Positions 10,285 to 20,198 of a stretch of DNA of 64,000 nucleotides are shown one piece after another. The DNA comes from an uncultured bacterium (GTDB taxonomy: Bacteria > Chloroflexota > UBA5177 > JANWHV01), in NCBI GenBank assembly GCA_963729625.1, contig CAVSOU010000010.1:1328719-1392718 (forward strand), in the 5' to 3' direction. Position 1 is the stretch's first letter. Every line of letters starts with the position of its first letter. The notes under the pieces are model-generated. The model had not been told where the DNA came from, made no database searches, and was given only the letters and a program-made list of their open reading frames with translations. A program made the translations under genes and the position numbers.

Positions 10285-10626
10285 TTACCCCTTTCCCAGC
10301 GATGCCAACGCCGCGGCCACGCTCGGGTACGTGGTGAAGAACTCGAGGAACCCGGTCGCGGCCATCGTGTCCTGCAGATCCTCCGACAAGCCTACCAGGT
10401 GCACTGAGCCGCCTTTGGCGGTGGCGGACCGGTGCGCGGACAGCAGCATCCTCAGGCCGGCACTCGACATATACGCGACTCCCGTCATGTCCAGAATCAC
10501 GCCCACCCCGGCCACCAATTGCTCCAGGATCCGTGCCTGCGCCACCGGCGCCGTGCTCCCGTCGATGTCGCCTGCAAGCTCCACGACGGTCGCACCGTCC
10601 ACGCTCTTGACCAGAACCTCCATCAT
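10285..10626 (-). CDS. STAS anti-sigma factor antagonist
   Basis: LAGDIDG, YMSSAGLR, ATGF. Confidence 0.9.
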   Translation of the reverse strand: MMEVLVKSVDGATVVELAGDIDGSTAPVAQARILEQLVAGVGVILDMTGVAYMSSAGLRMLLSAHRSATAKGGSVHLVGLSEDLQDTMAATGFLEFFTTYPSVAAALASLGKG

Positions 10627-10702
10627 TGCCCTCCAGGCCCATGCACTTGGGCTCCATCCACCTGGGTAGAGACCCGCATCACTTGTGCGGCAGCGCTCCG
10701 GG

Positions 10703-12520
10703 CTACCGAGTAGGCGTCAGCTGTACCTTTACGCGCACCTGATCGCGCGTGTCCGGCAGGTGCACGGTCAGTGCCTCGGTATCAAAGTCGGTGTACGGCT
10801 CGTCATCCACCCACACGGCGGTCAGCTTCACGCTGCCCGGCGGCAGGATATCGGGCGAGACGCGGAGCAAATGGCCGGGAAACGCATCGGGTAACGGCTT
10901 GAAGTAGAGCTCCATGGGCGTCTTGGTGATCAGGAGATTGATGTAGACCGCCGAGAGGTAGCACAACTCCGATGCATGGTAGAAGCTCATGGAGTGGCTG
11001 CCCTTGTAGCGCTCCGTCCCCACCAGATAGGGGATTCCACTGGCCAGCACGTTGAAGTACACACCACCGTCGTCGTGGTCGAGATGGAAGGCGTTGTAGA
11101 ACGCGGCGGCCTCACGTGCATGCTTGAGGTTCTCGTCGCCGCCGAATGTGCCTGATAGAATTTGGTAGCACAGGATTGCCTGCTCCTGCTGCCACCAAGC
11201 CTTTCGGTCGTGCCAGGAGAAGCGATGGTACTTCTCACCTGGGGCCAGCGTGCGCTCCACCATGTCGTACCAGCCGCCGCGCTGTGTGTCGGAGCCGACC
11301 GCCGGCATGACGCGCCCGATCTTCTGCGCCAGCTTGGCGTAGCGTTCATGTGGCTGCGCATTGAAGATGCGCGTAAGGTTCCAGGCTATCTTCAGGTTGT
11401 GCCCGACGACCGCACGATCCTGCTGGAAGCCCCAGGTCTTGTCGTGGCTCCAGTCCTCGTAGAACCGCTCCTGGACGAATGGGCTGTGCTCGTCATCGGG
11501 GAAGTACTGTTCGATGCAATCGGCGCAATACTCCAGCATCTTCGCGTAGCGCTCATCCCCCGTGGCGAGCCACAGGTTCACCAGGTACGCGGGCGCATGG
11601 TCGCCCACGGAATTCCAGTTCTTTTTGCCACGATTGCGTCCAAGCGTCTCGCTGCGCGGATCGAGCGTAATCGGGTCAATGTGCGAGAAGTAACCCTTTC
11701 CTTTGTCGTCACGGAAGAACCGGTCAAAGAGGTCCATAGTTGCAACGGCGTCCGCGTGAATCCGAGGATCGCCCGTAATCCTGTAGGTCTGAATCGGACC
11801 TGCCAACGCATATATCTGCTCGTAGGCCGGAATGGCATCGTAGTCATCGCCAAATTCGGACGCGAAGACTTTGTCCTCGCGCGTGCCATGCACGTCGATG
11901 CCGTGATACCAGTACACGATGTTCTCATCTCGGTCGACGAAGCGCATATGTTCGCGCAAGTATTCGGTGCCCTTCTCGGCGCCCTCCAGGTACTTGTCTT
12001 CACCGGTCAGCATGTAGCATGAAGCGAACCCGTACACCATGCGGGAGATGGTGTCTGTCTCCTGCCGGAAGTCATCTTTCTTCTTGCCGCCGGTCAAACT
12101 GATCATCGTGCGGTAGTTGCGATAGTCGATGGGCTCGTCGCCGAATTGCCAGCGCAGATAGCAGTCGCCCACTGAGGCGATTTGCTTGATCCACCAGTCC
12201 GGCTTTTCGAACAGGTACTCCGTAGGTGTGCGGCCGACAAAGATCAAGCGTTTCGCTTCGTAGGAAAGCGTCTCCTCCGGGTAGAAGCTGCCGTAGGCGA
12301 AGAGGAACCGCCCAGGCACCAGCATCCGATTGATCAGGCCGGTGGCATCGGCATAGGGCTCGTCGGCGTTGCGCAGCAGCTCCGCATAGGCACCGTCGCT
12401 GATCTTGACGGGGAACTCTCGGCCGTCGGACGTCTTCAAGCCAAACGTGCGCTGGGCCTCGTCGAATGTTGTGACGTAGCCAGCGATCGTATCCGAGAAG
12501 GTGAAGCTGACGCTATTCAT
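10703..12520 (-). CDS. AGE-family (N-acylglucosamine 2-epimerase-like) sugar epimerase/isomerase, long ~605-aa form
   Basis: SRMVYGF, VGHNLKIAW, KAWWQQEQ, KGSH..YH motifs; AAGGAG RBS before ATG 12520. Confidence 0.8.
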   Translation of the reverse strand: MNSVSFTFSDTIAGYVTTFDEAQRTFGLKTSDGREFPVKISDGAYAELLRNADEPYADATGLINRMLVPGRFLFAYGSFYPEETLSYEAKRLIFVGRTPTEYLFEKPDWWIKQIASVGDCYLRWQFGDEPIDYRNYRTMISLTGGKKKDDFRQETDTISRMVYGFASCYMLTGEDKYLEGAEKGTEYLREHMRFVDRDENIVYWYHGIDVHGTREDKVFASEFGDDYDAIPAYEQIYALAGPIQTYRITGDPRIHADAVATMDLFDRFFRDDKGKGYFSHIDPITLDPRSETLGRNRGKKNWNSVGDHAPAYLVNLWLATGDERYAKMLEYCADCIEQYFPDDEHSPFVQERFYEDWSHDKTWGFQQDRAVVGHNLKIAWNLTRIFNAQPHERYAKLAQKIGRVMPAVGSDTQRGGWYDMVERTLAPGEKYHRFSWHDRKAWWQQEQAILCYQILSGTFGGDENLKHAREAAAFYNAFHLDHDDGGVYFNVLASGIPYLVGTERYKGSHSMSFYHASELCYLSAVYINLLITKTPMELYFKPLPDAFPGHLLRVSPDILPPGSVKLTAVWVDDEPYTDFDTEALTVHLPDTRDQVRVKVQLTPTR

Positions 12521-12641
12521 CCAGGCGATCTCCTTGCAGCTGAAACACTTACCGCAGATACCGCATGCATCGACAAGCGTGGAGGTTGAGCTCGCAGTCA
12601 ACCCCACCGTCCACGAGCGGCAATAGATGGCTCAATTCTTC

Positions 12642-12650
12642 ACTATAGCA
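12642..12650 (-). promoter_or_regulatory. Possible extended -10 promoter (TGcTATAGT) for the AGE-glgX operon
   Basis: AT-rich patch ~120 bp upstream of the AGE start; no good -35. Confidence 0.3.
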
Positions 12651-12754
12651 GGAATAATCTACAAAAGTTGGGCATTACAGGTCGCTCGTGCCGGTTGGCG
12701 CCATCGAGGCGGTCGTGCCAGCGGCAGTGGCAAACAGGGCGCGTCGGGCTCCCA

Positions 12755-13564
12755 TCATTTCATGAAGCTGTCATCAAGGGGCTGGCCATCGACGACGGCC
12801 GAATCCCCTCCGTCGAAGGTCCGAGACCCGCGGACAGTTCGGGCCCGAAGCTGCAGGTTCTTGAAGAAATCGGTGTCGGCAATCTCGGCCACCTGTTTAG
12901 CTTGGAGTGCAGGGTCGATTTCTATACGGAGCTCGCGCACCTGTTGCTTGAGCGCCTCCTCCCGGGCCTGCACTTCGCGCGCCATCTGCTGAAACTTGCG
13001 GGCAAGATGTCCCAATGAGTCAGTTCGCTGGGTTACTTCCTGCAGCGCTTCAGGGCGGAACGTGCCGACTTCAAGATCGTGGGCCGCAGCGGTGATCATT
13101 TCGACCATGCGAATATACTCGTAGTCCTCCGTCCGATCCGAATTGGTGCCCCGCAGGCGCTCGCACAGCACTTTGATCACGCCTTCAGCCACCTCACTGC
13201 GCTCGCTGAGCAGATGGCGAAATGCCGTGCTACTGAGCCGGTACAGCCGGCAGGCGGTGGCGGCTACTGCGGTGGCACTCCGTGTCTGCGAATCCAGTAC
13301 CGCCATTTCACCAAATACTTCGCCCGGATAGTGGTGATCAAGCAGCAGGGGACCGTCGAAGATGCCGACTTTGCCGTCGACGATGATATAGAGTGCGTCA
13401 CCCATCTCACCCTTGGCGAAAATGGTCCGGCCGGCTTCGATGGCCACCGCAGTGAGGGCCTCTGCAACTTCGAGAAGCACGTGTTCGGGAGTGCCCGCCA
13501 GGATACCAATGCCGCGCAAGCAGGTCAATCGTTCTTCGATGTTCTTCAAGTGTTTCGCCCCCAT
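12755..13564 (-). CDS. cNMP-binding domain + HAMP-like segment + conserved C-terminal motif
   Basis: IFAKGEMGDALYII.DGKV, GEVFGEMAVLD...RSAT; DSLGHLARKFQQM; LRIEID..QVAEIADTDFF; start uncertain. Confidence 0.8.
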   Translation of the reverse strand: MGAKHLKNIEERLTCLRGIGILAGTPEHVLLEVAEALTAVAIEAGRTIFAKGEMGDALYIIVDGKVGIFDGPLLLDHHYPGEVFGEMAVLDSQTRSATAVAATACRLYRLSSTAFRHLLSERSEVAEGVIKVLCERLRGTNSDRTEDYEYIRMVEMITAAAHDLEVGTFRPEALQEVTQRTDSLGHLARKFQQMAREVQAREEALKQQVRELRIEIDPALQAKQVAEIADTDFFKNLQLRARTVRGSRTFDGGDSAVVDGQPLDDSFMK

Positions 13565-13905
13565 CGTGCGACTAGCATGCGTGAGATTGGTAGTGCAGGG
13601 AAGCAACATTCCTTGTTGGGCTTCTCGATCGTAAACAACGAAGAACCGCCCCTTTCTCCAATCTATACTGCCAAGCCCAAGAAGCAAAGGGGTCGCTGCG
13701 AGCCGCGATTGCTCACCAGCGACTCCAGAGCCACGGGCGGGCACTGCAGACATGCAGCGTGAGCCTTCGTCGCCTAGCGGCTAGCTTTGGCAGACCGTTG
13801 GGAGAGCCCCACTGTGATAGTCAGCTAATTCGACAAGATGTATTATTGCGCAGCAAGAAGAACTCTGCCTATTCGACAGGCCTCCCTGTGATGAGGAGTT
13901 GTGCT

Positions 13906-16900
13906 ATGTATCGACGGCCGCGCGCCCTACTCGCGATTTCCGTGCTTCTGCTGGCGACTGCACCTGCGTCGCGTGTCTCCCAAATCGCCTTGGCACACTC
14001 GGACCAGGCATCGAAGTCGCCTGCGAGCCCGACGGCCCTGCTGAAGTTGAGCGTGCAGCCCCCCAAAGTCCAGGTCGGCCGTGACGTTTCGCTTCAGATC
14101 CGTATCACTGATGCCACCGGCAAGCCCGTGACGCGGGTCTTGGTCACCATCATGGGCGCCGGTCGCCCGGGCGCTGGCACGGCGAGCTCCGGCACACTCG
14201 TCTTTGCCGTGCATGCCGCATCGCTAGGCACGATCGTCGTGCAAGCTACCCACGCAGGTTTCGCACCCGCCACCGTGAAGCTGCCCATTATCTCAGGCTC
14301 TCCAGCCACCGTCGTCGCAATCAAGTCCGGGCTAAGAGTCCTGGCGCCCCACGCCAAACCGCAATCCGGCAAAGTGGGCACCGACCTTTTCGACCTCTAT
14401 CATGGCGTTACCGCCAAGAGCCAGTACGCGTCGCTGGCGCTGCGCGACGGAACCTTGATGGACCTGAACGCGAGCACGGACGTAGTGATCCACGACCCCC
14501 TGCACACCACGCTTACGAACGGCGAACTCTTCCTGGAGGTCGTGCACGGCGCGGCGAGCCACCAGATTCAGGTTGGTAATGCAGTAGCCGCTACCAAGGG
14601 GACACGCCTCGACGTCAAGGGAAACTCCAAGACGAAGACGTGGGTAGTGACGGTGATTGAAGGGCAGGTCCAGGTGACCAATGTTAAGGTAAAGGGGGCG
14701 CCGAGCACGATCCTTGTTGGGTCGGGGCAACAAAGCACCGTAGTCGGGAACCGCCCACCAAGCCCACCAGCGCAGGTGAACGTGAGCAAGGTGATAGTGT
14801 GGGTGAAGAATGTGCCTAACACCAATGCGACCACCGTTCCCCCGGTGCTCAACCTTCCCCTGCCACAATATGTACCTCCCGTTGTGGCTCCTCCGGCGGC
14901 CAGCTCGCCGGCGATCACCATCACCGGCACGCTGTCGACCAGCACCTGGACCGCAGGGGACGGCCCCTATCTCCTGAATGGCGGAGTGACCGTGCCGGCA
15001 GGGGCGGCACTGACCATCGCCCCCGGCACCACCGTGGAGATGGGCCCCTACGCCTACCTGGATGTGCTCGGCACGCTCACCGCCCGCGGCACCGACGCCA
15101 CGCCCATCATCTTCACCAGCGCCGCGGCACAGCCCAAGCCGGGCGACTGGCAGTACATCCGTTTCGACGGCGCCCGGGCCGTCCGCAGCGTGTTCGACCA
15201 CGTGCAGGTCTTCTACGGCAGCAGCAATGGCGGCGCCTCAGGCATGCTCTCGCTCACGGGTGGGGCCAATCTGACCATCAGCAACGACGTCTTCAGCCAG
15301 GCCAGCACGCTGGGACTGTGGATTGACGACACCACGCGCCCCACCGTCACCAACTGTGTCTTCGCCGGGAACGGCAGCTACGCCATCGAGGCCCCGGTCG
15401 ACGACCTCGGGCTGATTACCGGCATCGGCTACGGTCCCGGGCAAACGGGCATGCGGGTGCGAGGTGGCACCGTCTCCCATGATGCCACCTGGCAGCGTCC
15501 CGATGTGCCGGTTCAGCTGCTTGATGCCACGACCATAGCCACAGGCGTTACGGTCACTATCGCCCCCGGCACCACCGTGGAGATGGGCCCCTACGCCTAC
15601 CTGGATGTGCTCGGCACGCTCACCGCCCGCGGCACCGACGCCACGCCCATCATCTTCACCAGCGCCGCGGCACAGCCCAAGCCGGGCGACTGGCAGTACA
15701 TCCGTTTCGACGGCGCCCGGGCCGTCCGCAGCGTGTTCGACCACGTGCAGGTCTTCTACGGCAGCAGCAATGGCGGCGCCTCAGGCATGCTCTCGCTCAC
15801 GGGTGGGGCCAATCTGACCATCAGCAACGACGTCTTCAGCCAGGCCAGCACGCTGGGACTGTGGATTGACGACACCACGCGCCCCACCGTCACCAACTGT
15901 GTCTTCGCCGGGAACGGCAGCTACGCCATCGAGGCCCCGGTCGACGACCTCGGGCTGATTACCGGCATCGGCTACGGTCCCGGGCAAACGGGCATGCGGG
16001 TGCGAGGTGGCACCGTCTCCCATGATGCCACCTGGCAGCGTCCCGATGTGCCGGTTCAGCTGCTTGATGCCACGACCATAGCCACAGGCGTTACGGTCAC
16101 TATCGCCCCCGGCACCACCGTGGAGATGGGCCCCTACGCCTACCTGGATGTGCTCGGCACGCTCACCGCCCGCGGCACCGACGCCACGCCCATCATCTTC
16201 ACCAGCGCCGCGGCACAGCCCAAGCCGGGCGACTGGCAGTACATCCGTTTCGACGGCGCCCGGGCCGTCCGCAGCGTGTTCGACCACGTGCAGGTCTTCT
16301 ACGGCAGCAGCAATGGCGGCGCCTCAGGCATGCTCTCGCTCACGGGTGGGGCCAATCTGACCATCAGCAACGACGTCTTCAGCCAGGCCAGCACGCTGGG
16401 ACTGTGGATTGACGACACCACGCGCCCCACCGTCACCAACTGTGTCTTCGCCGGGAACGGCAGCTACGCCATCGAGGCCCCGGTCGACGACCTCGGGCTG
16501 ATTACCGGCATCGGCTACGGTCCCGGGCAAACGGGCATGCGGGTGCGAGGTGGCACCGTCTCCCATGATGCCACCTGGCAGCGTCCCGATGTGCCGGTTC
16601 AGCTGCTTGATGCCACGACCATAGCCACAGGCGTTACGGTCACTATCGCCCCCGGCACCACCGTGGAGATGGGCCCCTACGCCTACCTGGATGTGCTCGG
16701 CACGCTCGACGCCCGCGGCACCGACGCCACGCCCATCATCTTCACCAGCGCCGCGGCACAGCCCAAGCCGGGTGACTGGCAGTACATCCGTTTCGACGGC
16801 GCCCGGGCCGTCCGCAGCGTGTTCGACCACGTGCAGGTCTTCTACGGCAGCAGCAATGGCGGCGCATCCGGCATGCTCTCGCTCACGGGTGGGGCCAATC

Positions 16901-17112
16901 TGACCATTACGAACTGCCTGGTCGCCGACGCCGCGCAGATCGGAATCTGGGTGGAAGACGGCAGCCATCCTACCATCGCCTACTGTTCGTTCCGGGATGA
17001 CAGGGGCGCGGCAATCAGCATTCCTGCGCCAGATCCGGCGCGTATTCACGACAACACGTTTGCGGCAGGCCAGGCAGGAATGGATGTGCGGACGAGCGGC
17101 GCCTCCTATTGA
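13906..17112 (+). CDS. Secreted FecR-domain protein with beta-helix-like repeats (paralog 2)
   Basis: GAGGAG RBS, signal peptide, same Ig-like + FecR N-terminus as 2124..5285, 181-aa repeats. Confidence 0.8.
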   Translation: MYRRPRALLAISVLLLATAPASRVSQIALAHSDQASKSPASPTALLKLSVQPPKVQVGRDVSLQIRITDATGKPVTRVLVTIMGAGRPGAGTASSGTLVFAVHAASLGTIVVQATHAGFAPATVKLPIISGSPATVVAIKSGLRVLAPHAKPQSGKVGTDLFDLYHGVTAKSQYASLALRDGTLMDLNASTDVVIHDPLHTTLTNGELFLEVVHGAASHQIQVGNAVAATKGTRLDVKGNSKTKTWVVTVIEGQVQVTNVKVKGAPSTILVGSGQQSTVVGNRPPSPPAQVNVSKVIVWVKNVPNTNATTVPPVLNLPLPQYVPPVVAPPAASSPAITITGTLSTSTWTAGDGPYLLNGGVTVPAGAALTIAPGTTVEMGPYAYLDVLGTLTARGTDATPIIFTSAAAQPKPGDWQYIRFDGARAVRSVFDHVQVFYGSSNGGASGMLSLTGGANLTISNDVFSQASTLGLWIDDTTRPTVTNCVFAGNGSYAIEAPVDDLGLITGIGYGPGQTGMRVRGGTVSHDATWQRPDVPVQLLDATTIATGVTVTIAPGTTVEMGPYAYLDVLGTLTARGTDATPIIFTSAAAQPKPGDWQYIRFDGARAVRSVFDHVQVFYGSSNGGASGMLSLTGGANLTISNDVFSQASTLGLWIDDTTRPTVTNCVFAGNGSYAIEAPVDDLGLITGIGYGPGQTGMRVRGGTVSHDATWQRPDVPVQLLDATTIATGVTVTIAPGTTVEMGPYAYLDVLGTLTARGTDATPIIFTSAAAQPKPGDWQYIRFDGARAVRSVFDHVQVFYGSSNGGASGMLSLTGGANLTISNDVFSQASTLGLWIDDTTRPTVTNCVFAGNGSYAIEAPVDDLGLITGIGYGPGQTGMRVRGGTVSHDATWQRPDVPVQLLDATTIATGVTVTIAPGTTVEMGPYAYLDVLGTLDARGTDATPIIFTSAAAQPKPGDWQYIRFDGARAVRSVFDHVQVFYGSSNGGASGMLSLTGGANLTITNCLVADAAQIGIWVEDGSHPTIAYCSFRDDRGAAISIPAPDPARIHDNTFAAGQAGMDVRTSGASY
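15016..16907 (+). repeat. Intragenic tandem repeat, 543-bp unit, about 3.5 copies
   Basis: Units start at 15016, 15559, 16102 and 16645; the first three read as identical, the fourth is partial with a few substitutions. Confidence 0.95.
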
Positions 17113-17244
17113 CGTGTAGGTAACCGTGTGCCACCCCGCATGCACCAACCCTTCCCGATTCTGCTATCGCTGGAATCGCGTTTACGAGATAGTATGGATT
17201 GGGCAATTGGACGCCATCGGAGATGCGGGTGGGGGACATCCACT

Positions 17245-17604
17245 ATGCGTGACGCCGAGATCCAGGGTTGGCTGAGCCAGCACGAGAATGAGCCTCGGGT
17301 TCGTGGAGTCACTGCTGTCGATCTATTGGAGCTACCACCAGCGCTCAACCAGATTCTGCGGATGCTGCTTTCGCATGGGCCTATGACGCAGTCGCAGATA
17401 CAAGCCGCCCTGGCCGCGTTGCCGGACACGCTCTGGGTTGACGACAGCGACCTGCCCTTCGCACTTGACGGTCTGGTCAATCTGCAGTGGCTGCTACGCG
17501 AAGCGGCGAGTCCGCCGGAATCGGGGCCGGTATATCGAATCAACTTGCGCACGAAAGCCCGCAACACTGCTGTGACCGGCGGATGGGAGGCGCTCGATTT
17601 CTAG
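17245..17604 (+). CDS. Small hypothetical protein, possible winged-helix fold
   Basis: DLLELP..LNQILRMLL..GPMT..I...L....LDGLV..QWL...YRI pattern; start uncertain. Confidence 0.6.
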   Translation: MRDAEIQGWLSQHENEPRVRGVTAVDLLELPPALNQILRMLLSHGPMTQSQIQAALAALPDTLWVDDSDLPFALDGLVNLQWLLREAASPPESGPVYRINLRTKARNTAVTGGWEALDF

Positions 17605-17632
17605 ACTCGGACTTGGGCTACTTGGGCAGACG

Positions 17633-18961
17633 TTGAACGTTCAGCGCGGCGAGTGGGCAGTGCTTAGCCGGTTTCTCGTGCTGTTCGGCATCCTCAGCCT
17701 GCTGATCGATGGCGTGGACGTACTGGCGACGAGCGACTACGTGCTCAATGTCGGCACCGACGCGATTCCCATCATCTGGTCAGCTGTCACTGTCACGCTG
17801 GTGGTCGTGTCTGCGGCGTATGCCTTGATTGCCGACCGCTTCCCCCGTCAAGTCGTGATGCGTATTGTGCTGACTGCCTTCGGCCTTGCATTCGTCGTGG
17901 TTTGGATGCTGCTGAATGGTTCGTTCCTGTCGAAGGCAGTGCTCTACAACGCTCTCTATTTGTTGACAAACGTGCAGATGATCGTTCTGCCACTTGCGTT
18001 TTGGCCGATGGCCAGCGATCACTACAACGTCGCCAATAGCACCAGGTTGTTTCCGGCAATCGCGATGGCCGGCCTGATCGGCAAGATCGTAGGGAACTGG
18101 CTTGGGGGCGTGTCCGTTGCCTGGTTTGGGGCGCGAGGCCTGAACGGCAACGATCCCCTGCTGATAGGCGGGGGGGTGCTGTTTCTGGCTGCGCTGGCGA
18201 TTCCTGCATTGGTACCGGAACGGCGAAGCGTGGAGGCGAGGTCGGGCTCACCCAAGCTCAGCATCGTCGACACGTTGCGAGAGGGCATGGACTTCGTACG
18301 CGAAGTGCCGTTGCTCCGCTACCTGGCGATCGTCTTCTTTGTCAATCAACTGGTCATAACGATTCTTGACTACCAGTACCTGGTGGTCGGCGCGGAGAGG
18401 TTTCCACGCGCCTCCGACTTCAGCGAGTTCTTCGGCAATCTTCGGGCACTCTGGAACGTGCTCGCCCTAGCCATGCAGGTGCTGATTGTCAGCCGCCTGA
18501 GTGCTCGGCTTGGACCGAAGAACATTTTTTTCCTGGTGCCAGGTGTGTTGGCGGCTGGGATGGCGGGCGCCGCCGTGGCCTACGCATTCATCAGCGTGGT
18601 CATTGTGCGCTTCGCAGCCAATGTCATTACCACGACCTTTGAACGGCCGGCACGGAAGGCGGCCCAGGGCTTGGTGCCGGAGAGCAAGAGGGGCCGGGTG
18701 ACCACCTTCATCGACAGCTTCCTCTTTGCCATTGCCCAGATCATCGGCTGCGCAATCATCGGGGCCGGAATCGTGCTCCGCCGCGCGGGAATTTTGGGTT
18801 CCACAGGCGTGGCGGTCGGTTATCTGGCGATCGGCGCCGGCTGCGCCCTTCTCGGCATATACTTTGTGATGCGTCTGCGCGCTACGTACGATGCCAGCCT
18901 GGTGAATTGGCGCCTGGCACGGCGCAAGCGGGTATCGGCCCTGGTCGACCTGGACCTATGA
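17633..18961 (+). CDS. MFS-fold transporter resembling the TLC/NTT (ATP/ADP translocase-like) family
   Basis: About 12 hydrophobic segments; FWPMASD.Y....TRLFPAI...GLIG motif. Confidence 0.65.
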   Translation: MNVQRGEWAVLSRFLVLFGILSLLIDGVDVLATSDYVLNVGTDAIPIIWSAVTVTLVVVSAAYALIADRFPRQVVMRIVLTAFGLAFVVVWMLLNGSFLSKAVLYNALYLLTNVQMIVLPLAFWPMASDHYNVANSTRLFPAIAMAGLIGKIVGNWLGGVSVAWFGARGLNGNDPLLIGGGVLFLAALAIPALVPERRSVEARSGSPKLSIVDTLREGMDFVREVPLLRYLAIVFFVNQLVITILDYQYLVVGAERFPRASDFSEFFGNLRALWNVLALAMQVLIVSRLSARLGPKNIFFLVPGVLAAGMAGAAVAYAFISVVIVRFAANVITTTFERPARKAAQGLVPESKRGRVTTFIDSFLFAIAQIIGCAIIGAGIVLRRAGILGSTGVAVGYLAIGAGCALLGIYFVMRLRATYDASLVNWRLARRKRVSALVDLDL

Positions 18962-19067
18962 AGCGCGAAATCGGCGCCGCCTGCACCTGGCCAGAGCCCA
19001 ATCAGTTGGCGCAACCATCGACCGGCGTCCGGCCCGTCACTGCATGACGGAGTAGAGGAGTACGAGC

Positions 19068-20132
19068 ATGCGGCGTGTGTTGTCGAACATCCTGAGGCGA
19101 GCCGGCTGGCTGCCGGCGACTGTGACATGGCATGTGCGGCCAGTAATTGCCAGGGTCATCCTCTGGATCCAACTCATGGCGGTGTTCCTGCTACTCTTTG
19201 CCCTGGCCTTTGGGGGCACGGTATACCTGTTCTACAACAATTCGTCCGACCAGGCCATGAGCGTGCTGCGCAACGATCTGAATGGCAGCGCGACTGCTCT
19301 GGCCGCTCAGCTGGATGCCGCGACCGTGGCGAGGATACATGCCGTTGGGCAAATGAATGGCGAGTACAAAGCGGTTCAGGCGCAGCTGCTGTATCTGGTA
19401 GCCTCCGACCCCAAGATCCACGGTGCCTATATCTTCACGCGCAATCCTTCAGATCCCAAGACGATGCTCTGGATTGTCACGTCCAACCTGCATCCAAAAT
19501 GTAAGTGCAACGTGACGCGCAACAAACCGTACGATCCTGCAACACACGCAGCCGAGATGTTCGCCGCGTTTCAGCATCCCACCACGAGCCCCAATATCTA
19601 TAGCGACGTGTATGGTTCGTGGTTGTCTGGCTACGCGCCGATTCGTGACGCCAAGGGAGCCACGGTGGCGATTGCCGAGGTGGACATGACTGCCCAGTCG
19701 GTGGTCACCGTGCAGAACAACATCAAAGATGCCAGCATTCGGGTGTTCGTCATCGTGCTGGCCTGCTTGCTGGCCGTCATCCCGCTCATGGCCGCCGTAA
19801 TCACCAACCCGCTCAAGATTGTGACACTGGCTGCTCGGGCGCTCGAGGTCGGTAGCACCCCTGACAGGGCCGAGCTGGAGCGCGCCACGCAGGGCCGCGA
19901 CGAAGTGAGCCAATTGGCGCGCGTCTTCATTCGCATGACAGACGAAGTGCGGGCCCGGGAAGAAAAACTCAAACGTCAGGTGGCGGAGCTCAAGATCGAG
20001 ATTGACCTCGCCAAGCAGGATACCCAGGTGGCAGAGATTACGGAGACGGACTTCTTCCGCGAGCTCCAGCAAAAGGCGCTTCTCATGCGCGCGCGTGCCA
20101 CGGAGCCAGTGCCGGCCCTGCCGGCTGTCTAG
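19068..20132 (+). CDS. Membrane sensor: TM, Cache-like domain, TM, HAMP, conserved C-terminal motif; no catalytic output
   Basis: YSDVYGSWLSGYAPIRD.KG (Cache-like); ITNPL..RDEVSQLARVF..M (HAMP); LKIEID..QVAEITETDFF. Confidence 0.8.
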   Translation: MRRVLSNILRRAGWLPATVTWHVRPVIARVILWIQLMAVFLLLFALAFGGTVYLFYNNSSDQAMSVLRNDLNGSATALAAQLDAATVARIHAVGQMNGEYKAVQAQLLYLVASDPKIHGAYIFTRNPSDPKTMLWIVTSNLHPKCKCNVTRNKPYDPATHAAEMFAAFQHPTTSPNIYSDVYGSWLSGYAPIRDAKGATVAIAEVDMTAQSVVTVQNNIKDASIRVFVIVLACLLAVIPLMAAVITNPLKIVTLAARALEVGSTPDRAELERATQGRDEVSQLARVFIRMTDEVRAREEKLKRQVAELKIEIDLAKQDTQVAEITETDFFRELQQKALLMRARATEPVPALPAV

Positions 20133-20198
20133 CTATGTTGCGACTAATCAACCGTGCGGCGCGGCGCGCCTGCCACGAGTCGGGGGAGTTCTGGTGAA

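Noticed and set aside
15016-16907. Repeats as a CRISPR array or DGR template
   Set aside because: Units are 543 bp, in frame, without spacers; no cas or reverse transcriptase gene in the window
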